Shown here piece after piece: positions 30,630-39,707 of a stretch of 64,000 nt of DNA. This DNA is from an uncultured Ectothiorhodospiraceae bacterium (lineage in GTDB: Bacteria; Pseudomonadota; Gammaproteobacteria; S012-40). The number at the start of each line of letters is the position of its first letter. Position 1 is the stretch's first letter. A model generated the notes under the pieces. It searched no databases and was not told where the DNA came from. It saw only the letters and a program-made list of their open reading frames with translations. The DNA lies in NCBI GenBank assembly GCA_945787715.1, contig CALZJE010000001.1, positions 11,127 through 75,126 on the forward strand, in the 5' to 3' direction. A program made the translations under genes and the position numbers.

Positions 30630-30646
30630 TGTGACATATTGTCGCA
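30630..30646. promoter_or_regulatory. RegA/PrrA/RoxR-like palindrome upstream of the lipoprotein operon
   Basis: tgtgaca-tat-tgtcgca near-perfect inverted repeat (GCGAC-N5-GTCGC type). Confidence 0.45.
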
Positions 30647-30748
30647 TCAAGTAACTATTTCCTGGTTTGTTGCTGTAAAGATGATAATTATCTCGTAACT
30701 GGCTGTTATTTATAGACGAATTAATAAGTGTTTGATATTTTAAATTGT

Positions 30749-30762
30749 ACGTACTAGTATGT
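30749..30762. promoter_or_regulatory. Probable TetR autoregulatory operator
   Basis: acgtactagtatgt near-palindrome about 23 bp upstream of the TetR ATG. Confidence 0.5.
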
Positions 30763-30784
30763 TTATTTGTCAGCAGGATTAAAA

Positions 30785-31345
30785 ATGTCAAAGAAAGACG
30801 ATATTTTAAAGGCAACACAAGAGTTACTTTGGGAAGTTGGTTATGAAGCCATGAGTCCTAAAAAGGTATTGCAAGCAAGTGGGGCTGGGCAAGGAAGCTT
30901 GTACCATCATTTCGAAGGTAAAGAAGCGTTGGTGCTTGCTGTCATAAAAAATATTCAACAAGAGCTACAAAGTGAAATTGATACAATATTTCTGTCAAGT
31001 GCACCGGCATTGGATAAGCTTGAAAAATATATTCTCAAGCAGCGCCTGGCTTTGAGAGGTTGCAAGCTAGGTCGATTGGCACAGGAAAAATCAATTATTG
31101 AGTCTCCCATACGAAATGTTATTAGTGATTACTTTTGCTATGTACATCAGCAGTTGACGGAAACTATTAAGCTCGCACAACAAGATAAGGTTATTGATAG
31201 AAGCAGTGATGCAACAGGGTTAGCTACAACCATACAGGCAACGATTCAAGGTGGATATACATTAGCAAGAATCACCCAAGATGAAAAAATGATGTCAGCG
31301 GCTCAAAAAGGCGTGTGGCAGCTATTATTAAGGAATCAATTATGA
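30785..31345 (+). CDS. TetR/AcrR family regulator
   Basis: N-terminal HTH (GYEAMSP...GQGSLYHHFEGKE), RGC.LG motif. Confidence 0.9.
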   Translation: MSKKDDILKATQELLWEVGYEAMSPKKVLQASGAGQGSLYHHFEGKEALVLAVIKNIQQELQSEIDTIFLSSAPALDKLEKYILKQRLALRGCKLGRLAQEKSIIESPIRNVISDYFCYVHQQLTETIKLAQQDKVIDRSSDATGLATTIQATIQGGYTLARITQDEKMMSAAQKGVWQLLLRNQL

Positions 31346-31947
31346 AATTATTTTATTCGCCAACTTCACCATTTGCGAGAAAAACTAGAGTTGTTGCACA
31401 TGAGAGTGGTTTATCTGATCGGATTGAGTTTATAAAAATGGATCCGCTCACCTCTGTTGATGATCTAATAATTGCAAACCCTCTATCACAAATCCCTACA
31501 TTGGTGGCTAATAACGGTATATCGCTTTTTGATAGTCGTGTTATTGCCGAATATTTTGACGAGTTATCGACAAACGATGAAAAACAATGTTTATGTCGGC
31601 CGCAGGGAGCTGATTATTATAAAGTGCAAAAGCTGCATGCATTGGCCAATGGAATTATGGAGAACGGTGTTGCTCTGACCATGGAAGGGCGAAGGCCAGA
31701 AGAGCAGCAATCTCCAACTTGGCAGCAGAGATGGGCAGAGTCAATTTTGAGAAGTGTCGACTTTGTGGCTACTAGCGATGAGCAGTTTGAGTATTTACAT
31801 ATTGGAAATCTCTCGTTTGTCATTGCACTAGAATATATCGATTTTCGCCAACCGCACGTTAATTGGAGAGAAGGTAATGATAAGCTTGTTAATGCGATTG
31901 TAGCTATTCAACAGCGAGCCTCCTTGATGGAAACTCGCTTTGTTTAA
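31342..31947 (+). CDS. Glutathione S-transferase family protein
   Basis: MKLFYSPTSPFARK, NPLSQIPTL, FDSRVIAEY; ATGA overlap with TetR. Confidence 0.9.
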   Translation: MKLFYSPTSPFARKTRVVAHESGLSDRIEFIKMDPLTSVDDLIIANPLSQIPTLVANNGISLFDSRVIAEYFDELSTNDEKQCLCRPQGADYYKVQKLHALANGIMENGVALTMEGRRPEEQQSPTWQQRWAESILRSVDFVATSDEQFEYLHIGNLSFVIALEYIDFRQPHVNWREGNDKLVNAIVAIQQRASLMETRFV

Positions 31948-31956
31948 TACTGGTGT

Positions 31957-33465
31957 TTATAAATTGGTTCTTATGTTTAAACCAGCGGAAAAAGTATCTG
32001 CTTCATTCATGAATAGGCTCCTGCCATATTCAATAGAAATGCTGATATCTTTGTTTATGGGAAGGTCGGTACCAATGTTTGGTCTTGCAACAACATAACT
32101 TTTATAAAACGATTCCCAGTTAGAGCTGTCGGGGTTGTCAAAGTTGGTTTGCTTATCCAATCGATGATAGCCTAAGCCAACATCCAGGCCTATATGGGGA
32201 ATAAATACAACAGATCCAATATGAAGCGGCGAATTTTTTTTACCAAAGTTTAATAATTGTAATTTAATTTTACCGTTTATCTCAGCGGCGTAGTTTTCGT
32301 TATCATCTTGAGCGTATATCAATTCATATCCGGTTCGGATCGCACGGTTTAATTTACTTTTCGCCAGTTTTATTCCGTAAAGTGAATCAATATTCTGTGA
32401 TTGGCGATTCAGAGAAATATATTGATAATGAATTTGCCACAAGTTGCTTTGTTCATAGTTTTTTACCAGAGTACGGTTGCGTTGCATTTCAGCTTTACTA
32501 ACAAATGTTTCGCGTATCTCACTCTTAATGCCGGGTTTCAATTCGATTTTACCGTCTTCAGTATTGCCCTCAAAATTGAATGCGTAGTTTATTAGACCTT
32601 CGCATTTTTTGAATGTCACTGTTGAACCAACACGTTGTTTTTTTCCATCAACTGTTAGTCGTACACCTGATTGGTTTGAGCTGAAAGTGAGCTCTGGGTA
32701 GCCGTAGCTGCTCAAATCGATAGGGATTACTTTTCTATTTTTGGCGCTAAGCTCAAAACTATCCTCAACTGCGCAGTGATTGGGAGCAGTGATTCTATAA
32801 CTGTGTTTGCCGACGTTTAGTGAAACATATTGATTGGGGCGAACATTAGCAGAGTCATTAACAACTATTTTGATGCCTTCCCCGACAATATTAAACAGCA
32901 CAAATTGTTTGTTCAGTAATTTTTTAAGATCATTCTCAATTGATTTGAGTTCGTCCAGTTTTTGCTGATCTAATTGATCTCTTACAAAGGTATATAACCC
33001 ATCACTAGAAGCGATGTTGATAGCCCATTTTTCCGCTGTTTTTCTTTTTTCAGTGCCTTTGTCGGGTAAATTCTTTATGCGATAAGTGAGTTGTTCATCC
33101 AATTTATTTTTTGCGCAGTTAACCAGCGAATTGTGTTTTACAATAGCACATTGCTGGCCATTGCGTTTAACAATGCTAACTCCACATAAGTCCATTTCTG
33201 ATTTGGTAACCGATTTTGATGTGAACGAGCTCCAAACTGAGTCAATTGAAAAAAGATCAAATAATGAACTTCCAACAACGGAAGTTTCCTGGCCAATTTC
33301 TGATTGAATCAGTGAGGACATATTTCGACCGAGTTCTAACCTGGCTTCATTTGAATTTTCACCACATCCTGAATATTCTTTGTTCGAATCGTCGGCGAAT
33401 AATAGTTGTGGGGCTAACAAACAACATAATATTATAGATATTCGCAAATTTATTTTTAGCGTCAT
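31957..33465 (-). CDS. Exported hypothetical: LPP20-like N-terminus, PEGA-like middle, C-terminal beta-barrel-like region
   Basis: Signal peptide from ATG 33465 (LFA); G.G....EA...L...I.S.I; GKHSYRITAP; amphipathic C-terminal strands. Confidence 0.5.
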   Translation of the reverse strand: MTLKINLRISIILCCLLAPQLLFADDSNKEYSGCGENSNEARLELGRNMSSLIQSEIGQETSVVGSSLFDLFSIDSVWSSFTSKSVTKSEMDLCGVSIVKRNGQQCAIVKHNSLVNCAKNKLDEQLTYRIKNLPDKGTEKRKTAEKWAINIASSDGLYTFVRDQLDQQKLDELKSIENDLKKLLNKQFVLFNIVGEGIKIVVNDSANVRPNQYVSLNVGKHSYRITAPNHCAVEDSFELSAKNRKVIPIDLSSYGYPELTFSSNQSGVRLTVDGKKQRVGSTVTFKKCEGLINYAFNFEGNTEDGKIELKPGIKSEIRETFVSKAEMQRNRTLVKNYEQSNLWQIHYQYISLNRQSQNIDSLYGIKLAKSKLNRAIRTGYELIYAQDDNENYAAEINGKIKLQLLNFGKKNSPLHIGSVVFIPHIGLDVGLGYHRLDKQTNFDNPDSSNWESFYKSYVVARPNIGTDLPINKDISISIEYGRSLFMNEADTFSAGLNIRTNL

Positions 33466-33711
33466 TTTTATGATCCCATCTTTTGATCTGTAAGTATCAA
33501 ATTTTTGTTGTGGAGCCTTTTCTAGGATTAAGGATGATAGATAAGACTTATCCAAAATCACTAAAGAAGTTAAGCTTATAAATTTAAGCGCTATATTAAA
33601 AGGTTTTATGAATAAATGACAATTTTATCATTATAGGTTGGGGTAATTATGAGATTTATAAATTGATATCATGTCAAATGTGGGTTGCTGGCTGTATAGA
33701 TACAGAGGAGT

Positions 33712-33813
33712 ATACGTTAGCTGAATCTAATTAATACGTTAGCTGAATCTAATTAATACGTTAGCTGAATCTAATTAATACGTTAGCTGAATCTAATTAA
33801 TACGATAACTGAA
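33712..33813. repeat. 22-bp tandem repeat (atacgttagctgaatctaatta) x4 plus a degenerate fifth copy
   Basis: Perfect copies start at 33712, 33734, 33756, 33778; partial atacgataactgaa at 33800. Confidence 0.97.
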
Positions 33814-33826
33814 GACTGTTCGAATT

Positions 33827-34969
33827 TTAGAATAGCGCAGGAAGTGTTAATGCAAGTTTATTTGCTTCTAAGGTTGCTTTTCCTCCGAAGGCAAATCCCT
33901 TTATTTGTTGTTTGCTGTTTTTAAATAATGCACGTATAGAGTCGTCATTCACTTCGATTTCCCAGCTGCCTTCAATATTAGGGGCAGGGGGCAATACTGA
34001 AATTGGGAATGCAGGAGTTTTTAATGTAACTGGCATTGCAGGGTAGCTAACATAAGTGCTGCTATCATTTAATGTCTGTGCCAACACTTTTGTGCACTTC
34101 ATTAAAGGCATAATAAAGGGTATGAAAAAGCCGTTAACTTCTGCGCAATCACCTAAGGCAAAAATATCTTTTACAGAAGATTCCAGTTTTTCATCTACAA
34201 TAATTCCACGATTTGTTTTAACTCCAGCCTGTTGAGCCAAAGACAATTCAGCACGCAAACCGATTGCGGATAGAACTACATCACTTAAAAGGCTTTCTCC
34301 ATTTTCTAGCGTTATCGATAGCTGCTGTTCGTTACTATCGATATTTTTAACAGTATTATTTTTGTACCACACGACACCGATGGCTTCTATCGCTTGTTGA
34401 AGCTTTGCTCCGAGAGGCTCAGGCAACATATGACCTAATGGCCAGCTATTGCGATCTATTACATTCACAGTGTAGCCGTTAGCTGCAAGGTCATTAGCAA
34501 ATTCGCAGCCAATTAAACCTCCACCAAGTATACTAATGGACTTTTTATTTGATATTGCGTCCCTAAAAATTGAATAATCGTGTAGGTTATTTATCGAATA
34601 AACTCGATCTGTCGCATTCCCTTTTATAGGGGGCTGTAATGGTGAGGCACCAAGTGCCAAGACGAGTTTGCCATATTCAATTACTTCATCGCCCACTGAT
34701 ATCGTATGAGCAATTGGTTCAATTGAAGTGACGAATGTATGTGTTCTTATTTCAGCATCAAGTTGTTTGGCGATTTCTGAGCATGTTGATGTAGCTAGCT
34801 GGTCAGCCGTTTTCTCTTTCCCCAATGCATTCGATAACATGGGTTTGGAATAGGCTCTGCCATCATCGGCAGTAACGATAATTAAGGGAGTTTGTTTATT
34901 CAGTTTCCGAAACTCTCTCGCAACACCATATCCTGCTAATCCACTACCGATAATGACAACTGGCTTCAT
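33827..34969 (-). CDS. rubB: NAD(P)H:rubredoxin reductase
   Basis: IIGSGLAG, YSKPMLSN, GGGLIGCEFANDL, GDCAE, YPAMPVTLKTP; follows rubredoxin. Confidence 0.85.
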   Translation of the reverse strand: MKPVVIIGSGLAGYGVAREFRKLNKQTPLIIVTADDGRAYSKPMLSNALGKEKTADQLATSTCSEIAKQLDAEIRTHTFVTSIEPIAHTISVGDEVIEYGKLVLALGASPLQPPIKGNATDRVYSINNLHDYSIFRDAISNKKSISILGGGLIGCEFANDLAANGYTVNVIDRNSWPLGHMLPEPLGAKLQQAIEAIGVVWYKNNTVKNIDSNEQQLSITLENGESLLSDVVLSAIGLRAELSLAQQAGVKTNRGIIVDEKLESSVKDIFALGDCAEVNGFFIPFIMPLMKCTKVLAQTLNDSSTYVSYPAMPVTLKTPAFPISVLPPAPNIEGSWEIEVNDDSIRALFKNSKQQIKGFAFGGKATLEANKLALTLPALF

Positions 34970-34973
34970 CTTT

Positions 34974-35138
34974 CTATCCGTCGATCATTTCAAAATCATC
35001 TTTTGTTACGCCGCAGTCTGGACATGCCCAGTTTTCAGGAATATCTGCCCAAGTAGTACCTGGCGCGATTCCCTCATCGGGTAGCCCTTCTGCTTCATCA
35101 TAGATAAAACCACAAACTATGCATTGCCATTTTTTCAT
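34974..35138 (-). CDS. rubA: Rubredoxin (54 aa; not in ORF track)
   Basis: Hand translation [61 protein letters not shown]. Confidence 0.95.
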   Translation of the reverse strand: MKKWQCIVCGFIYDEAEGLPDEGIAPGTTWADIPENWACPDCGVTKDDFEMIDG

Positions 35139-35160
35139 TTTAAGACTCCGTTTATCTTCA

Positions 35161-35637
35161 CTATTTAGAAATTAGAGCTAGTGTATCCTGATAATGTTTC
35201 GCATGTCTCTCTTCAACTTTAGCTAAAGCAGAAAAACGTTTAGCGGCGACTTCTAAAACCTTTGCAAAACGATCTGCATGTTCTTGCGACTCGGTTATTT
35301 GCTCATCAATTTCTTTTACCGCAGCATGATCTTTTTCTTCCAAGGCAGTATGACGAAATTTAGGATACATTTCAGTGTATTCGTAAGTTTCGCCTTCTAT
35401 CGCTAGTTGGAGCATTTTTTCTGCGGTTAATGTCTCTTTTGGATACAACAGATCTAAGTGACCGAATGCGTGTGCAGTTTCTTGTTCAGCTGTTTGTTCA
35501 AAAGCTTCTGCGACAGCAATCTCACCAAGTTCACGTGCACGCTTAGCGAAAAACAGATATTTTCGATTAGCCATCGATTCACCAGCAAATGCGGCTTCAA
35601 GATTTTGAATTGTTTTTGATGGTTTATGGTTACTCAT
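35161..35637 (-). CDS. rbr: Rubrerythrin (di-iron four-helix bundle, no fused rubredoxin domain)
   Basis: [40 protein letters not shown]. Confidence 0.9.
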   Translation of the reverse strand: MSNHKPSKTIQNLEAAFAGESMANRKYLFFAKRARELGEIAVAEAFEQTAEQETAHAFGHLDLLYPKETLTAEKMLQLAIEGETYEYTEMYPKFRHTALEEKDHAAVKEIDEQITESQEHADRFAKVLEVAAKRFSALAKVEERHAKHYQDTLALISK

Positions 35638-35709
35638 TTTGTTTCCTTATGTGTAAAGGGAAGTTATTTCTCTGGAGATGAGCATAGTTGATATGTTATG
35701 TTTGATCCA

Positions 35710-35746
35710 ATTGATTAAATATCTAGAGTTAATTGAAAGGATCGAT
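35710..35746. promoter_or_regulatory. OxyR-type binding site between divergent rbr and oxyR
   Basis: Four tetranucleotides at 11-bp spacing, attg-N7-atct-N7-attg-N7-cgat, a degenerate ATAG-N7-CTAT-N7-ATAG-N7-CTAT. Confidence 0.55.
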
Positions 35747-35748
35747 TA

Positions 35749-36654
35749 ATGAATTTACCCTCTATACGCCAACTCCAATATTTTTTAGCAGTGTATGAGC
35801 TGCGTCATTTTGCTCAGGCAGCAGAGCGCTGTTTTGTCACTCAGTCAACATTGAGTAGCGGTATTCAGGAGTTGGAAAGTCTGCTAGACACTCAATTGTT
35901 TGAAAGAAGCAAACGGAAGGTGTTACCTACTGCAAAGGGTGAAGAAATTGTTAAGATTGCACAGGAGATTCTTAATTTCTCAACGCAACTGGTAGAACAG
36001 GCTAAGGGCAGTAATGAACCTCTTAGTGGACCGTTGAGAATTGGTGTTATCCCAACTATCGGTCCCTTTTTACTTCCCATGGTATTGCCTTCAGTTCGGC
36101 AGGCATTTCCTAGCTTGCAGCTCTACCTTATTGAAGATCAATCTGCTCGGTTACTTGAAAGACTTAGCAGTGGTGATATTGACTGTGCCATTCTTGCGCT
36201 ACCTTATGATATTGGTGGCATGGAATCCTATACTTTTTGGAGGGAATCTTTTTGGGTAGCGCTTCCCAAGAATCATCCTCTTAGTGATGGGGCGGCAATT
36301 CAATCGATCGATCTTCCTGAAAGCGAACTCTTACTACTAGAGGAGGGGCATTGTTTTAGGGATCATGCGCTTTCAGCGTGTCATAAATCCAGTTTAAAAA
36401 CCAGTGGTGTCTTTCAAGGAACTAGCTTGTATACATTAATCGAGATGGTTGCTGGTGGGCAGGGAATAACCTTGTTGCCAGAAATGGCAATAAAAAGTAA
36501 TTCAGTGAAACAAAGCGGAGTCTCATTGAGAGCATTATCTGAAAAAGGGCCTCATCGAGAAATATCGATCATTTATCGTCCAAAATTCTATCGAATGGAC
36601 GATATAAAGTTGCTTGCTGAAACTATGAAAGCGGCATTACAGAAATCTCATTAA
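35749..36654 (+). CDS. oxyR: Hydrogen peroxide-inducible LysR regulator OxyR
   Basis: LysR HTH, GVIPTIGPFLLP, EEGHCFRDHALSAC with both redox cysteines. Confidence 0.92.
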   Translation: MNLPSIRQLQYFLAVYELRHFAQAAERCFVTQSTLSSGIQELESLLDTQLFERSKRKVLPTAKGEEIVKIAQEILNFSTQLVEQAKGSNEPLSGPLRIGVIPTIGPFLLPMVLPSVRQAFPSLQLYLIEDQSARLLERLSSGDIDCAILALPYDIGGMESYTFWRESFWVALPKNHPLSDGAAIQSIDLPESELLLLEEGHCFRDHALSACHKSSLKTSGVFQGTSLYTLIEMVAGGQGITLLPEMAIKSNSVKQSGVSLRALSEKGPHREISIIYRPKFYRMDDIKLLAETMKAALQKSH

Positions 36655-36713
36655 GCTAAGGATAGATTTTGTTTTTTTAAAACCGCATTGGCATTGGCAA
36701 TAAGGGGAAGCGG

Positions 36714-37025
36714 ATGAATGAAATAATTCTTGAAAATAAAAAAATTAATAATAAAAAAGAACCCTTGTTCAAAGGTTTTGTTATTGGTTTTTTTAGCCAA
36801 GCAGCACTAATGTTGACACCATTACTGTTAATTTACGTATTGATAAGTGGCTTTATCATTGCGTCGCTCGTTGGCTTTGGCACTGAGTTTATTGTTAACT
36901 GGAATAATGATAAGAGAATGTTTAATGTGGCCAATATCTTAGCAAATTGCGCTGGCGGTGTATTAGCTAGTGTGGCAATGGCCGCGATTATTTCGATTGG
37001 TAATTTATTAGGCCTGTTTTTATAA
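36714..37025 (+). CDS. Small hydrophobic membrane protein
   Basis: About three TM segments; RBS aagggg. Confidence 0.55.
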   Translation: MNEIILENKKINNKKEPLFKGFVIGFFSQAALMLTPLLLIYVLISGFIIASLVGFGTEFIVNWNNDKRMFNVANILANCAGGVLASVAMAAIISIGNLLGLFL

Positions 37026-37031
37026 AAAACT

Positions 37032-37625
37032 TTAGTTATCTAGTTGAGGCTCTGAGGCTTTAGTATTTAATCCTATTTTTTCAATATGCGAGTGACTTTT
37101 TTCATCAATCGCTCTACCAGCGTTGATTTTCTTCATTGCAACGAATGCCGCTTGCGAAATTTCTGTATCAGTATTTTTCCTTAAAGACACTAGCAGAGGC
37201 CAAGCGGATTCATCCCCCATATATCCTAGCAATACAATCCCAGATAATCGAATATTATATTTGCTATTGATAAGCATTCCTGCCGCGTAACGATGTATAT
37301 CAAGTTGATAAGCGAGAACTGATAATCCTGTTTTTTCCTGGGTATTACTGTGCTCGTATTGATGATTCCACTCTTCGATGAAAAACCAAATGTCTTTTTT
37401 GTTGAGTGTTGGAAGTTCTTTTTCCTGCAGAATATGAACTTTCGCCCTGGATAAAATTGGACTCCATAGGCTCATAAAGTGGATTTTTCTTTTTGTACTA
37501 AAAAAATTTAGCATGGCAATGACCGGCCTTATTACTCGAGTTGTTTTTAGTAGGTTGTTGAAAAAATATTGCGTTTGTAAATTTGCTATAAAAAACTTAC
37601 TTTGTCGGATTAACAATTTTTCCAA
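37032..37625 (-). CDS. HEAT-repeat-containing hypothetical protein (start uncertain, possibly truncated)
   Basis: RLSGIVLLGYMGDESAWPLL...ISQAAFVAM..I resembles HEAT repeats; TTG start with weak context. Confidence 0.4.
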   Translation of the reverse strand: MEKLLIRQSKFFIANLQTQYFFNNLLKTTRVIRPVIAMLNFFSTKRKIHFMSLWSPILSRAKVHILQEKELPTLNKKDIWFFIEEWNHQYEHSNTQEKTGLSVLAYQLDIHRYAAGMLINSKYNIRLSGIVLLGYMGDESAWPLLVSLRKNTDTEISQAAFVAMKKINAGRAIDEKSHSHIEKIGLNTKASEPQLDN

Positions 37626-37823
37626 CAGTTTGTAGATGAAAAAATGGTTTTATGTATAGCCAGTTATCGACAGCGGAACGGGGATTATTAAGGCTTTTTT
37701 GAAACTGTATGCAAAATATATTGCCTGCTATTGCAATCCTCAGTTTCATGCAGGTATTTATTCTCGTTGGCGCTTGAAATATTCGTTTCAGTCGGTGTGA
37801 GTATTGAGGGAGGTCAGATTTAT

Positions 37824-38060
37824 CCTAGAATCCTCAGTTGGACAGGGTGAAGTGTGCGTTTGCGGTGGTGCAGGACAAGGCGTAACGACGCGGAATAGTT
37901 ATTCTATTCCAAGGCGTTACAACGCATTCATGTGCCACCGCAAGTGTGCAATTCGCGCTGTAGCGTTGCTCACCCAGCAGGTGAAGAGCAGAATCGAAGC
38001 TAAATATCTTCGTTTCAATACGTTACCATCAGAATGGAGCGGTTAACTGAGGAATCTAGG
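37824..38060. mobile_element. MITE-like / ERIC-like palindromic element (237 bp)
   Basis: 16-bp terminal inverted repeats cctagaatcctcagtt / aactgaggaatctagg (1 mismatch); internal long hairpin centred on ggaatag-ttatt-ctattcc; no transposase. Confidence 0.7.
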
Positions 38061-38152
38061 TTTATATGCGAATCTAATACGCTCCAATACCAAGCTTGGG
38101 ATTGGGAGGAAGATAGTCTCCTTAATATCGGAGCGGTTTTTAATTGCGGTTA

Positions 38153-38578
38153 CTAATCGTGAGCTGCGAATGCTGCGGCGTTTGCTTGTTTCTCAAGTCG
38201 TTCTTCTAACATATGGGGCATATTAGCAGCGTAATTTGCTGTTGCCTCAGCTGAAAATAGATATGCTTTTGCTTTGGCATCATCACCATTTCTCATCGCT
38301 TTGGCTGCTAACTTCTTTAGTACCTCGGTTAAATTTAGTGTCTCTGTGATAACCAATCCATCATTGGGATACTTCTTGAACAATCCTTCACTTTCATGTT
38401 CTTGATATTCGCTTTTTGCCCAAATCGAAAGTGATTCTATTGATTCTGCCACCGATTCATAAGCGCTAGGTTTGCTAAAAATGAGTAACGAATTTTTTTC
38501 GTTTGCAAATGCTGAGTTGTTGCAAGTCAATCCTGTCATAAGCAACAGGATTGAAGGGGTGAGTTTGTTTCTTGTCAT
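38153..38578 (-). CDS. Exported hypothetical protein
   Basis: Signal peptide ending SAFA; helical; no family recognised. Confidence 0.7.
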   Translation of the reverse strand: MTRNKLTPSILLLMTGLTCNNSAFANEKNSLLIFSKPSAYESVAESIESLSIWAKSEYQEHESEGLFKKYPNDGLVITETLNLTEVLKKLAAKAMRNGDDAKAKAYLFSAEATANYAANMPHMLEERLEKQANAAAFAAHD

Positions 38579-38642
38579 AGTCGGGAATCACTCTGTTGTT
38601 ATTAATTGTTCATGAGATATGTTGTGACTATAGTAGTCTAAA

Positions 38643-38657
38643 TGATAATGATTATCA
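38643..38657. promoter_or_regulatory. Fur box
   Basis: Perfect 7-1-7 TGATAAT-G-ATTATCA, 65 bp upstream of ATG 38578, within a TTGATA-17bp-TACTAT minus-strand promoter. Confidence 0.8.
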
Positions 38658-38782
38658 ATAGCGATTGGTTGATTTTTTAAACTGCTGTTGCTATCTCTGT
38701 AGATATTGGCGAGTATAACTCTACTTCTGTTCTCGAATTTTTAGCATAATGAACTTGTTCATTTCATTTAGGTTGATATTTA

Positions 38783-39577
38783 ATGGTTTTTGGTTTGTTC
38801 GAAAAAACACCGCTATTAGATGAGTCGTCTGTAGAGTGGTTATATGACGCATATGCATGGTCTTTAACGCAATTTGGAAGTGAGTATTTCTATCAGAAAA
38901 CAATATTGGTAGAGCCAACAGACAAGCATTTTCCTGGTAAGGCTAATGATTCGCAGAGTATGGCTGAGTTAATCTTGGCCAAGGTTAAGCAATATGCTGG
39001 TGTTGATGCATGGCCGTGTAGATTAGTTGATCATAATCAAGCCTCCTATGATATAAATCAATTACCTGCATTACCTGAATTGTTGGATATGAAGAGTGAA
39101 AATCCCAATGATACCAGTGCTTTGGTGTTGCTTTATGAACCGATGCAAGTGCGTAACCCAGTTGTTATGATTGCCAATTTTTCCCATCTAATAGCGCACC
39201 ACATGGGTTATCTGGCCTCAGAAAAACCACCGTGTGACGAAGATCAGTGGTTCCACATGGCGGAACTCGTTGCGATTTTTATGGGATTTGGTCTTATGTT
39301 GGCGAATACTGCGAGTCCATATCGGGGTGGCGGCTGTGCACGTTGTGTTTCTCCGCTGTTGGAAAGGAAAGGGCATCTATCGGAAGATGAGGTGGCTTAT
39401 GCGTTGGCAATATTTAGTGTGCTAAAAAGCGTTCCTGATAAATCTGTTATCAAACATCTAAAAAAGTCGTTGATTCCGCTGTATAAACGAGCTGTCGGTG
39501 AAATTAGAACCGATGAGAGATGTGTGAAAATGCTTAAAGCGATTCATAGCAATCCTTTTTTTCGCGGTGTGGAATAA
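38783..39577 (+). CDS. Conserved hypothetical protein
   Basis: 264-aa ORF, FGLF..PLLDE...WL...YAW pattern, FMGFG, GGGCARC. Confidence 0.7.
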   Translation: MVFGLFEKTPLLDESSVEWLYDAYAWSLTQFGSEYFYQKTILVEPTDKHFPGKANDSQSMAELILAKVKQYAGVDAWPCRLVDHNQASYDINQLPALPELLDMKSENPNDTSALVLLYEPMQVRNPVVMIANFSHLIAHHMGYLASEKPPCDEDQWFHMAELVAIFMGFGLMLANTASPYRGGGCARCVSPLLERKGHLSEDEVAYALAIFSVLKSVPDKSVIKHLKKSLIPLYKRAVGEIRTDERCVKMLKAIHSNPFFRGVE

Positions 39578-39707
39578 TTAGCGTGATAATCCCGGTTTAC
39601 TCTGGAAACATGCTGTGAATTAAGTAAAATGCTTACACTGGATTTGAGAATTTATGCCTACATTATTGGCAGATTGGATATATAGGTTTAAGAGAGTGAA
39701 AAAAGAT

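Noticed and set aside
30680..30697. Fur-like site (tgataattatctcg) near the metal operon promoter
   Set aside because: Half-site spacing is off and the right arm is poor; AT-rich background
33712..33813. CRISPR array
   Set aside because: Repeats are directly adjacent with no spacers, and no cas genes are present
37804..38046. 80-aa ORF
   Set aside because: Lies across the palindromic MITE-like element; TTG start and no protein-like features
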